Shown here in pieces: positions 8,527 to 16,451 of a stretch of 24,000 bases of DNA; the stretch's first letter is position 1; each line of letters begins with the position of its first letter. Source of the DNA: Gammaproteobacteria bacterium. GTDB lineage: Bacteria > Pseudomonadota > Gammaproteobacteria > GCA-001735895. Where the stretch lies: the NCBI GenBank assembly GCA_018669845.1, contig JABHSO010000111.1, forward strand, positions 1-24,000. Direction: 5' to 3'. The position numbers and the translations under genes were made by a program. A model generated the notes under the pieces. The model did not search any database and was not told the DNA's origin. It saw nothing but the letters and a program-made list of their open reading frames with translations.

Positions 8527-9021
8527 TTATTGGTTTTGTCGTAAGTATTTCACAAAAGCATAAGGAAATTTATTCCGTTCATCGGATGGGTGTTCCTCCC
8601 GCCATGTCTCTTTCCAGTCATCAGGATTGATTGCAGGGAACCAGGTATCACCACTAAATTGATGATGTACCTCAGTAATGTAAAGGGTGTCAGCCAGTGT
8701 TAAGGTTTGTTCATAAAGGCTGGCGCCCCCTAACATCATGACTTCAGCATGATCTGACACTAGCTCGATAGCAGCCTGAATACTGTCTGTTATTTCACAA
8801 CCTTCAGCCTGATAACTTGAATTTCTGCTAATAATAATGTTCCGTCTTCCCGGTAAAGGTTTACCAATTGACTCATAGGTTTTTCGGCCCATTAAAACAG
8901 GTTTGCCCATCGTGGTTTTTTTGAAATAAGCAAAATCTGCAGGTATATGCCAGGGCAGGGTATTTTTATCGCCTATCAGGTTATTTTCATCCATGGCTGA
9001 AATAATAGAAAGAGAAGTCAT
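8527..9021 (-). CDS. folA: Dihydrofolate reductase
   Basis: MTSLSIISAMDENNLIGDKNTLPWHIPADFAYFKKTTMGKPVLMGRKTYESIGKPLPGRRNIIISR is canonical type-I DHFR. The ORF-track N-terminal extension to 9216 overlaps rsmA and was trimmed to the ATG at 9021. Confidence 0.93.
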   Translation of the reverse strand: MTSLSIISAMDENNLIGDKNTLPWHIPADFAYFKKTTMGKPVLMGRKTYESIGKPLPGRRNIIISRNSSYQAEGCEITDSIQAAIELVSDHAEVMMLGGASLYEQTLTLADTLYITEVHHQFSGDTWFPAINPDDWKETWREEHPSDERNKFPYAFVKYLRQNQ

Positions 9022-9025
9022 AGTT

Positions 9026-9832
9026 TTAAACGTTTGAAGCCAAATTAGATAGTTTACTGAAATCTGCCAGAGAAAGGTTTTCAGCTCTTGAGCCGGGGTT
9101 AATATCAACAGACAGGATTTGATCTCTACTGAGTAGTTTTTTAAGTGAATTACTGACGGTCTTTCGGCGCTGATTAAAAGCAGCTTTAACCACAGCTTCC
9201 AGCATCTCCAAATCACTTACCTGAGTAGGTGGACTAGCGTGTGGGATTAATCGAATAATAGCTGAATCAACCTTAGGAGGGGGAGAAAAGCAGCCTGGAG
9301 GCACATCAAACAGATATTGGCACTGACAGAAATACTGCATCATTACTGACAGTCGCCCATAGTGTTTGCTACTGGATGTATTCTTGTCAGAGGTCGCAAT
9401 GATGCGTTCAGCGACCTCTTTTTGCACCATAAAATGCATATCTTTAATTAATTTGTTGTATTCAAGCATATGAAACATAAGCGGTGTAGAAATATTATAA
9501 GGCAGGTTACCCACCAGCCTGAATGGAGGTTCGAGTGATAGCGCTGCCATATCAATCTGTAAAATATCACTATTGATCAGCTTTAACTCACCGATATTTT
9601 CAGCACCCTGCTGCAATATGGGAATCAGATCTCTATCAAGTTCAATAGCTGTTAACTCTTTGCACTGTTCAAGTAATGGAAAAGTTAAAGCCCCCTGCCC
9701 AGGACCAATTTCAATAACCGTATCACCGGGCTGAAGGTTAATCGCCCTTAATAATTTATGAATGATATTTTTATCATGCAGAAAATGTTGGCCAAACCTC
9801 TTCCTGGCCTTGTGTTGTGCGGGATTACCCAT
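9026..9832 (-). CDS. rsmA: 16S rRNA (adenine1518/1519-N6)-dimethyltransferase
   Basis: KRFGQHFLHD, the SAM motif VIEIGPGQGALT, and VGNLPYNISTPL. 268 aa. The stop lies 4 nt before the folA start. Confidence 0.95.
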   Translation of the reverse strand: MGNPAQHKARKRFGQHFLHDKNIIHKLLRAINLQPGDTVIEIGPGQGALTFPLLEQCKELTAIELDRDLIPILQQGAENIGELKLINSDILQIDMAALSLEPPFRLVGNLPYNISTPLMFHMLEYNKLIKDMHFMVQKEVAERIIATSDKNTSSSKHYGRLSVMMQYFCQCQYLFDVPPGCFSPPPKVDSAIIRLIPHASPPTQVSDLEMLEAVVKAAFNQRRKTVSNSLKKLLSRDQILSVDINPGSRAENLSLADFSKLSNLASNV

Positions 9833-9857
9833 GCTATATGCTGTTAATTCAATAAGT

Positions 9858-9998
9858 TATAAAATGGCTGTGTGTAAATACCCACGTAAACCAGGCAGTT
9901 AAGAAATAGTGGGAGAGATTATAACTCGCATCGATAATCGCATCGGTATTTATTTGAAAGAATTTCTTGCATCGAGTTTATGGCTGCTATTGATATAG
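9858..9998. repeat. Left copy of an imperfect ~135-140 bp direct repeat bracketing the 3.9 kb insert
   Basis: Aligns by eye with 13865..13998. The core 9882..9955 matches 13889..13962 at 70 of 74 positions by hand count. The flanks (tataaaatggct... and ...ggctg(c/t)tattgatat) are more diverged. Confidence 0.8.
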
Positions 9999-10330
9999 GT
10001 GCTGACGAAATGATGGGGTATTGATTTGGCTCTGATGTGCCAAAAATAGCCGTTCCTGACTCTATTAAAATTGATGATTCACAACCATTATAGCTTCATT
10101 TAATATTAATACTGCCCATAGGAGTTCTGGTTACTCTTCCCTAATTACTTTGAATGCTAGACTAGGCTTTATGTCAGAATTAATTATGTTACATCGATAT
10201 AGAGGGTTACCTATAAATCAGAATACCGATTCATCAGCAATAAATGAATGATGTGGAATTGAGTTGAACTACTCTGTTTGTTTTTTCAAAATAAGGCGTT
10301 TATACTTTTTGAAAAATAAGTGGAAAATCA

Positions 10331-12400
10331 ATGTTTTACTTTAAGAGCCTGTTATTGCTCATTTTAACGTTCGTACTTATTGCATGTGCTACTAGCAGTG
10401 CAAAGCTAGACGACAAATTGATAGATGAATTGGTGAATAAGGATACATTGCCGTATCCAACCAAGTATCTGTTCTCGAGTAAAAAGGCATATGATGAAGG
10501 ACGCCAAAAGTATGGTCGAGATGCATATAAAGATATCACGAAGCTTATTAATGAGATGTTTGAACAAAAACAGGTTGCAATGGCAAATGCTTATTTGGAG
10601 CTTTTAAAAGAAATAAGATACTACTCCGGTGTTCCCGCCAATATAGGCGCATTTTACCCCCATGTTGCGCTTCAGAAGAAGTCTGATCATTTAGCTGTTC
10701 AGCTAGAATTAGAGTCGGCATTAAAATTTGCCCGTGCTGGGGATATTGCAACTACTGAGCAGATTGTAAACTGGTGTTGTAAATTAAGTGAATCCAAAGC
10801 TGAGACTCACCCACATCACAAGCAAGTTAAAGAAGTTCTTAAGGCATTAGCCCCACATGTGGCGCGTGCGTTTCGAGCTAATCCAGAGCCATGGAAGAGT
10901 GATGAAAAAATTAAGCATATGACACAATACTATGCGCCATATTTTAACCCAAACGAGCGTAAGGCAGTTGAAACTCTTTTCATGGAATGGGCAACAAATG
11001 ATATTCGCCTTATCAACGAGTATCTATCTAAGCATCAATACCGCTTAGCAGTCAAAAAAGTAGAATACCTAGAGGATATTTACGCTAATTTTATCAGCCT
11101 TGAAAGTGATATGAGCTTGCCTGTCATCAATGCACGTGCGCGTAAATATCATGAATTACTGGCATCCCGCCCTGGAATTTCAGATTGGACTAAACTCGCT
11201 CATGAAAGAATCGCTTGGTATTTTTTCAAAAGTGATTATGTGCCCCTACCAGAATATAAAGTACACGGTGAAAATAAATTAAAAACTAAAATTGTATCTG
11301 AGCTCAATGACTATTGTTTTCCAGATAAAAACCGTGATTGGAAATATTATTTACTGGATAACAAGGACGCTGAAGTGACTATTGATTTATTTGACTGTAA
11401 ATTTGCAGGGCAAAGAGCTGGCTACCAAAAAAGAGGCATGGTCACAAAAACTCGATGGAAAACCTATGAAGAAAAAGTACCTATTTATGAGTCAATAACA
11501 ACTTATGAAGAGCATAAAACCTCTAGTTACAAAATTGATATGGGCCAAACAACCAAATGCCTGACGACAAAAAATAATCGATGCACCTCTTCTTATCGAA
11601 CGACTGCAGACCCAGTTGTTGTGCCTGCATCCACTTATTTAATACCAAAAACAAAAAAAACTTTAGTGGGTTACAAAACGGTAACTCGTAGACAAGCCAT
11701 AAACTACCAAGAGCCTGGAATAATATATAGAAGTGGCGCTAATTGGTCGGCAATAACAGGGAAAGTCCATATGACATATCAAGGTGAATATCGTTATAAA
11801 GATATTCACGTAGATAAAGATTATATAGTTAAAGAAATAAACTCTGCTTTTATAGAGCTGGCTAATAAATTTGACTTGAAAGCATCGGTGCATTTTGATC
11901 ATCAAAATGCCTACGATTATCGATACAATGAGTTACAGGAAATCTTATCGGAAACTAAAGATTTATCACAAAGGGAGTCATTGACTGCACAATTGATGTA
12001 CCTTTATTCACTTCTCGATAGTAAACCGATTCTAAAATCCAAATCGAATAATATATTTAAAGATCAATATGGTATTGGCTTAGAAATGGCTGATGCGCTC
12101 AACCCTTCGATGAAACAGCCTGAATCATCTAATATAAAGGACACGCAACTTCTATACGATAAAAGTACTGAAAAATATACGCCTCATATTGGAAATGCAA
12201 CCGTGGTTATTCCACGTTCATATTATTTGATGGAAATGATTGATGAAAACAGGATTTTCTGGAAAGTATGTCGCGGCGAATCTTACTGGCCACCAAGAAA
12301 AAATGTCGGTAAGGCAGACGGTAAGCTTTGTTACAATAAAAGCCCAAAATACTGGGACAAAAGAGCTAAAGAGCGTAGAAACCGAATGAAATTAAATTAA
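10331..12400 (+). CDS. Hypothetical large lipoprotein (689 aa), no recognisable domain
   Basis: Lipobox LTFVLIAC/ATSS near the N-terminus. Long uninterrupted ORF in AT-rich DNA. Lys/Tyr-rich with several Cys pairs and a basic C-terminus KRAKERRNRMKLN. I recognise no catalytic or repeat motif. Confidence 0.7.
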   Translation: MFYFKSLLLLILTFVLIACATSSAKLDDKLIDELVNKDTLPYPTKYLFSSKKAYDEGRQKYGRDAYKDITKLINEMFEQKQVAMANAYLELLKEIRYYSGVPANIGAFYPHVALQKKSDHLAVQLELESALKFARAGDIATTEQIVNWCCKLSESKAETHPHHKQVKEVLKALAPHVARAFRANPEPWKSDEKIKHMTQYYAPYFNPNERKAVETLFMEWATNDIRLINEYLSKHQYRLAVKKVEYLEDIYANFISLESDMSLPVINARARKYHELLASRPGISDWTKLAHERIAWYFFKSDYVPLPEYKVHGENKLKTKIVSELNDYCFPDKNRDWKYYLLDNKDAEVTIDLFDCKFAGQRAGYQKRGMVTKTRWKTYEEKVPIYESITTYEEHKTSSYKIDMGQTTKCLTTKNNRCTSSYRTTADPVVVPASTYLIPKTKKTLVGYKTVTRRQAINYQEPGIIYRSGANWSAITGKVHMTYQGEYRYKDIHVDKDYIVKEINSAFIELANKFDLKASVHFDHQNAYDYRYNELQEILSETKDLSQRESLTAQLMYLYSLLDSKPILKSKSNNIFKDQYGIGLEMADALNPSMKQPESSNIKDTQLLYDKSTEKYTPHIGNATVVIPRSYYLMEMIDENRIFWKVCRGESYWPPRKNVGKADGKLCYNKSPKYWDKRAKERRNRMKLN

Positions 12401-12538
12401 GGGCAGTGAGGTAAATTTAGCAATTATTTGATAATGTATACAGGTTAATATTGTGACAGGAAATAACAGCTTTCTTTAATGACTTGCCTATACAAACACT
12501 CTGTCATGAAAGGCAGGTTCACGCCCTGAGGTGTTCGG

Positions 12539-13069
12539 TCAAGCTATTTTATTCGTGATGAGTAGTGGCGAACCCCGTCGTTCCAAGGCTTTAAGGTAAA
12601 CCACCTCATCGTATGATGTTTGTGTTTGCCAACATCTAAAAAGAATGCGTATCCATTTAAATGCTAAAGACCTAACTGCAGCCTGGTGCATTGACCCCTT
12701 TACACGCTGTTGCCGATAATACTCACCTGCCCAAAAAGATTTATTGATGGTCTGTGCTGCCCATTCAACAAATGTTTGTCTCAAAAATGTCGGACATTGC
12801 CAGCGCCAATGTACCCAGTGTTTTTTACCACTACGTTCAGTTACCGGTGCTATACCGGAATACTTCTGTATGTCTGCCGCACTATTGTAACGCTCTCTTT
12901 GTTCACCAAAGGCAACCAGTAATCGTGGAGCCAAACTTGGTCCCGCACCAGGCAGAGCTGAAATTAACGCATAATCATCATGCTGTTTTGCGACACTTTC
13001 GATTTCAATATCAAATCGTTTAATAGCCTCTAGCATGACACGTAATTGCTCTACATTGTGGTTGCTATC
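12539..13069 (-). pseudogene. IS110-family transposase remnant, C-terminal domain only (5'-truncated)
   Basis: LPGAGPSLAPRLLVAFGE..RYNSAADIQKYSGIAPVTERSGKKHWVHWRWQCPTFLRQTF.EWA and the ending YDEVVYLKALERRGSPLL are typical of the Transposase_20-type C-terminal half of IS110/IS1111 enzymes. The frame runs upstream only to a stop at 13070-13072. No DEDD N-terminal domain is present anywhere nearby. Confidence 0.8.
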
Positions 13070-13074
13070 TCAGA

Positions 13075-13257
13075 TTAGGGGTGTCTTTTGGCACCCCTTT
13101 TTAGTGCCTGATAAAACTGCTCTCGCTGTTCCTGTGACACCCTCTCAAACTCATCTTTTTCCAGACTCCAAATAATCCGATCAAAGTACAAGATAACAGC
13201 ATCTTCAATGCTTAATTCAGGATGGGATTCTAAAAACTCAAATATTTCATTTATCAT
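13075..13257 (-). CDS. Hypothetical 60-aa acidic protein (doubtful)
   Basis: ORF only. Helical-looking, charged sequence. Poor Shine-Dalgarno, and the last 8 codons are encoded by the terminator-like hairpin. Confidence 0.3.
   Translation of the reverse strand: MINEIFEFLESHPELSIEDAVILYFDRIIWSLEKDEFERVSQEQREQFYQALKRGAKRHP
13077..13102 (+). terminator. Candidate rho-independent terminator, plus-strand orientation
   Basis: A 7-bp GC-rich stem aggggtg (13077-13083) pairs with cacccct (13092-13098) over an 8-nt loop and is followed by a T run to 13102. On the minus strand no U-run follows the hairpin. Confidence 0.5.
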
Positions 13258-13526
13258 ACCCAGACTATCAATTCTTCTAACTGATTGATCAACGGGAGAA
13301 AAGAAAATAAAACAGGATTTAGTGCTGTTTTTTACAGACTAATTAATCCCCAAACCATAAATACCTTTATCGAAATATTAAACCTGCACCAATGATATTA
13401 CAGGTGTTGTAACCCTGACTCATGGGGACATTAATGATTGGCTTGATACGCAGAGAAAGCTGGTATACCAGTCTGATTAATGGGGACACGATAACAAAAA
13501 ATAAAAACAATAACTGGAGGGCAATC

Positions 13527-13766
13527 ATGTCACGAAGAAAATTAGAACGAAATTTAACGGAAGCACAGCGATACGATGTTTGGGATTACAATCATCGTGC
13601 TGAAAAATCTATGGAAGAAATTTATCACACACTTAGAGAGCGCTATGGAGCACGACATAAATTGACGTTAAGGGCTGAGCAATCTGTGAAGAGCCTGAAT
13701 AAATTCAAATATAAATTAAGACAAGCATTGGGGGAATATGGCGATGAATCTTATGCAAATCATTAA
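13527..13766 (+). CDS. Hypothetical 79-aa basic protein
   Basis: The internal ATG at 13527 is preceded by GGAGG (13516-13520), so the ORF-track start at 13422 was trimmed. The sequence MSRRKLERNLTEAQRYDVWDY... belongs to no family I recognise. Confidence 0.45.
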   Translation: MSRRKLERNLTEAQRYDVWDYNHRAEKSMEEIYHTLRERYGARHKLTLRAEQSVKSLNKFKYKLRQALGEYGDESYANH

Positions 13767-13864
13767 TGATCAATCAAATATTGAGGAAGCTCAGATGTCA
13801 GGGCAAGAAATTCGCTATAAAATAATTATGAATACTCAGGTTGCTGGCGGGTCATTTGCTTGGA

Positions 13865-13998
13865 TATAAAATGGCTATGAGGATATATCCACGTAAACCA
13901 AGCAGTTAGAAAATAGTGGGAGAGATTATAACTCGCATTGATAATCGCATCGGTATTTATTTTTGAGAGATTGTTGTTGGAGTGGCTGTTATTGATAT
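13865..13998. repeat. Right copy of the direct repeat bracketing the insert
   Basis: See the left copy at 9858..9998. Same orientation. Confidence 0.8.
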
Positions 13999-14222
13999 TA
14001 CCGTAACGCTATAACTAGCCAGGCAGTAAAACCTCACTCAATTAAAAATGATCTAAGTCAAAAAAATAATAACTATAGCCATCCCCCCCCATTTCTCAGA
14101 AATATTAACGATACTAATAATGTGAAGAGTTTTATATCACCAGTGGCTCTGTGCTGCTGAATTCTGAGAGGGAGGTTGGAGAAATAAAATAAGCAGTGTG
14201 ATCAAAAAATGAGACAACTACC

Positions 14223-15281
14223 TTGAAAAATACCGAAGCATTTAGAGTAGTGAAAGAAGAGCAGTCACAGTCTATAGCCAGACTAATATACGCCATTGCA
14301 GTTGGTATTTATATTGTTTGGCTAAATCATGCTCCTGTGAATATCACGTCCACAATGCCTGAGCTTAAATTGGGTAATTGGCTTTTAGCCTTCATTGCCA
14401 TTTTCACCCTTAGCATTTTACTGCACGTTAGGATGTTTCCTAAACCGATGCTTATTCGTCAGGTTATTGCAATCTTGGGGGATATTGGTTGTATTACAGT
14501 TGGAATGTATGTGTTTGGTGAAATGGGGAATGTTTTTTTTGCATTATACCTGTGGGTTGTAATTGGCAACGGTCTACGTTTTGGTGAGAAGCATCTGATC
14601 TTTGCTCAGACACTTTCATTATTAGGGTTTTTATTTGTTATTTGGATGAACCCGTTCTGGCAGAATCATTTACCTTTAACTATTGGTTTATTACTTAGTT
14701 TAATTATTCTGCCAGTCTTTTTCCGCTTTATGATACTTCGTTTGAGAGAAGTGCATGAAAAGCTGGAGCAACAATTCCATGCAGTTGAATATGCTGCGAG
14801 TCATGACGCCCTTACCAACTTGGAAAATCGGCGTGCCTTTTTACTTCATTTAGAAAATCTTCTGGCCAGGGTAAAGCGAAAAGGATGGTATGGAGCAATA
14901 CTTTATATTGATCTGGATGGCTTTAAGTTGATTAATGATACACATGGGCATAAATATGGTGATGAGGTTTTAGTCTTAGTTGCGTCTCGAATTTCTGAGC
15001 TTTTAAGAGAGGAGGACATCTTCTCGCATTTAGGGGGGGATGAGTTTGTCATAGCTCTGGAAGAAATAGTGCCAGAGAGTGAATTAATTGAAAAGAATAT
15101 GCTCACTATCATAGAGAAAATAAATAAATCGTTTGTCGAACCGATAAATGTTTTGGGAGAGGAATTAATTGTTAAGCTCAGTACTGGTGTAGCTTTGATC
15201 GATGCTGATGTTAAGAATACGGACGAGTTGCTAGATCATGCTGATAAGGCTATGTACAGAGTAAAGGCTAGTAAAAAATAA
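14223..15281 (+). CDS. Membrane-anchored diguanylate cyclase (multi-TM N-terminal domain plus GGDEF domain with I-site)
   Basis: About 5-6 hydrophobic segments, then DALTNLENRRAF, YIDLDGFKLINDTHGH, and REEDIFSHLGGDEF (RxxD five residues before an intact GGDEF). TTG start at 14223 with no in-frame ATG before the first TM segment, so the start is uncertain. Confidence 0.88.
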   Translation: MKNTEAFRVVKEEQSQSIARLIYAIAVGIYIVWLNHAPVNITSTMPELKLGNWLLAFIAIFTLSILLHVRMFPKPMLIRQVIAILGDIGCITVGMYVFGEMGNVFFALYLWVVIGNGLRFGEKHLIFAQTLSLLGFLFVIWMNPFWQNHLPLTIGLLLSLIILPVFFRFMILRLREVHEKLEQQFHAVEYAASHDALTNLENRRAFLLHLENLLARVKRKGWYGAILYIDLDGFKLINDTHGHKYGDEVLVLVASRISELLREEDIFSHLGGDEFVIALEEIVPESELIEKNMLTIIEKINKSFVEPINVLGEELIVKLSTGVALIDADVKNTDELLDHADKAMYRVKASKK

Positions 15282-15422
15282 AACAAATTAGAGCCTTGTC
15301 CAATATAAGGTGAGTCTGAATGAGGCACGTGTTTCCAACATGAAATGAGTCTCAAAATGTTCATAATTACATCATGAGAACGATTATGAAAATTGAGAAT
15401 TTTAAGAGCACAATATCAATCG

Positions 15423-15470
15423 AGTCTGACCCTATTGATCATGCTATTGATCAGTCTGACCCTATTGATC
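15423..15470. repeat. Perfect 18-bp direct repeat (agtctgaccctattgatc) x2 with 30-bp period; the 9-mer ctattgatc occurs x3
   Basis: 18-mer copies at 15423-15440 and 15453-15470. 9-mer copies at 15432-15440, 15444-15452 and 15462-15470. Lies between two convergent gene ends. Confidence 0.9.
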
Positions 15471-15497
15471 CTAGCCAGTGAGCAGCCTTAATAATCA

Positions 15498-16427
15498 TCA
15501 AGCTGTTTTTCTGTAATTATCAAGTATATCGCTTCTGTTTTCGTGGTAACTATCCATGCTTTTATACAGCCTTTCACATAAATCCGATGACATGCTTGCT
15601 AATGGCATACGAACTGTGTCTGATATATTACCTGCCCGGGACATAGCCGCTTTAACTGGGCTTGGACTACTATCTATAAATAGAGCGCTGGCCATCGGGT
15701 ATATTAACTCATGCAGTATCAATGCTGTTTCGATATCACCATTTTTCCATGCATTATAAAGGCTAATGCAAATTTCCGGGTCGAAGTTGGATAGTACGCT
15801 GGTTAATCCGCTCGCACCTAAGGAATAAAATGGAAGCGCTAAATTATCATCACCACAATGTATGTTGAAATCAATACCACAGGCACTACGCAATTCAGTG
15901 ACGCGTGCTGGATCACCACCCGCTTCCTTAATACCTGCTATATTGTTCAGACTATTCTTTAATGTGTTTGCTGTATCCGCTTCAATTGAAATTACTGATC
16001 TGCCTGGAACGCTGTACAGAATAATGTCGATATCGACAGACTCGGCTACGGCTTGAAAATGCTTGATCAAACCCTGCTGGCTGGGTTTATTATAATAGGG
16101 TGTTACCACTAAAGCGCCATCAATTCCTTCTGCGGCTGCAGCTTGAGTTGTAGCTACAGTTTTCAGGGTAGAGTTTGAACCGGTTCCTGCAAGAATATAC
16201 GCATGGTCACTCGCTCTCTTTACCGTTCTATGGATAATACTCATTGTTTCATTTTCAGAAAGAGTTGCTGCTTCACCTGTTGTACCAACTGGAACCAACC
16301 CGTGAATTCCGGCTTCAAGTTGCCGATCAAGCAGGGCATCAAATGAGTGCCAGTCTATCTCACCATTTTGTTTAAAAGGAGTAACCAGGGCAGTGAATAT
16401 GCCTTCATATGTTGTCGTTTTGTTCAT
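15498..16427 (-). CDS. DapA-family class I aldolase/lyase (candidate pyrroline-hydroxy-carboxylate deaminase-like enzyme)
   Basis: GIFTALVTPF, VPVGTTGEAATLS, ILYSVPGRS and the Schiff-base lysine block IAGIKEAGGD. 309 aa. Last gene of the six-gene operon. Confidence 0.85.
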   Translation of the reverse strand: MNKTTTYEGIFTALVTPFKQNGEIDWHSFDALLDRQLEAGIHGLVPVGTTGEAATLSENETMSIIHRTVKRASDHAYILAGTGSNSTLKTVATTQAAAAEGIDGALVVTPYYNKPSQQGLIKHFQAVAESVDIDIILYSVPGRSVISIEADTANTLKNSLNNIAGIKEAGGDPARVTELRSACGIDFNIHCGDDNLALPFYSLGASGLTSVLSNFDPEICISLYNAWKNGDIETALILHELIYPMASALFIDSSPSPVKAAMSRAGNISDTVRMPLASMSSDLCERLYKSMDSYHENRSDILDNYRKTA

Positions 16428-16451
16428 AAGTTTATTTCTATTGTTTATGTA

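Noticed and set aside
9022-9216. N-terminal extension of the folA ORF (229-aa version)
   Set aside because: The extension overlaps the 3' end of rsmA in another frame and precedes the canonical DHFR N-terminus MTSLSIISAMD. It was trimmed to the ATG at 9021.
10336-11905. Three minus-strand ORFs (10336-10539, 10548-10751, 11663-11905) inside the lipoprotein gene
   Set aside because: They are antisense shadows of a long AT-rich ORF, with Ile/Phe/Tyr-rich nonsense-like sequences.
12710-13023. Plus-strand ORFs 12710-12922 and 12754-13023
   Set aside because: They are antisense to the clearly recognisable IS110-family transposase domain.
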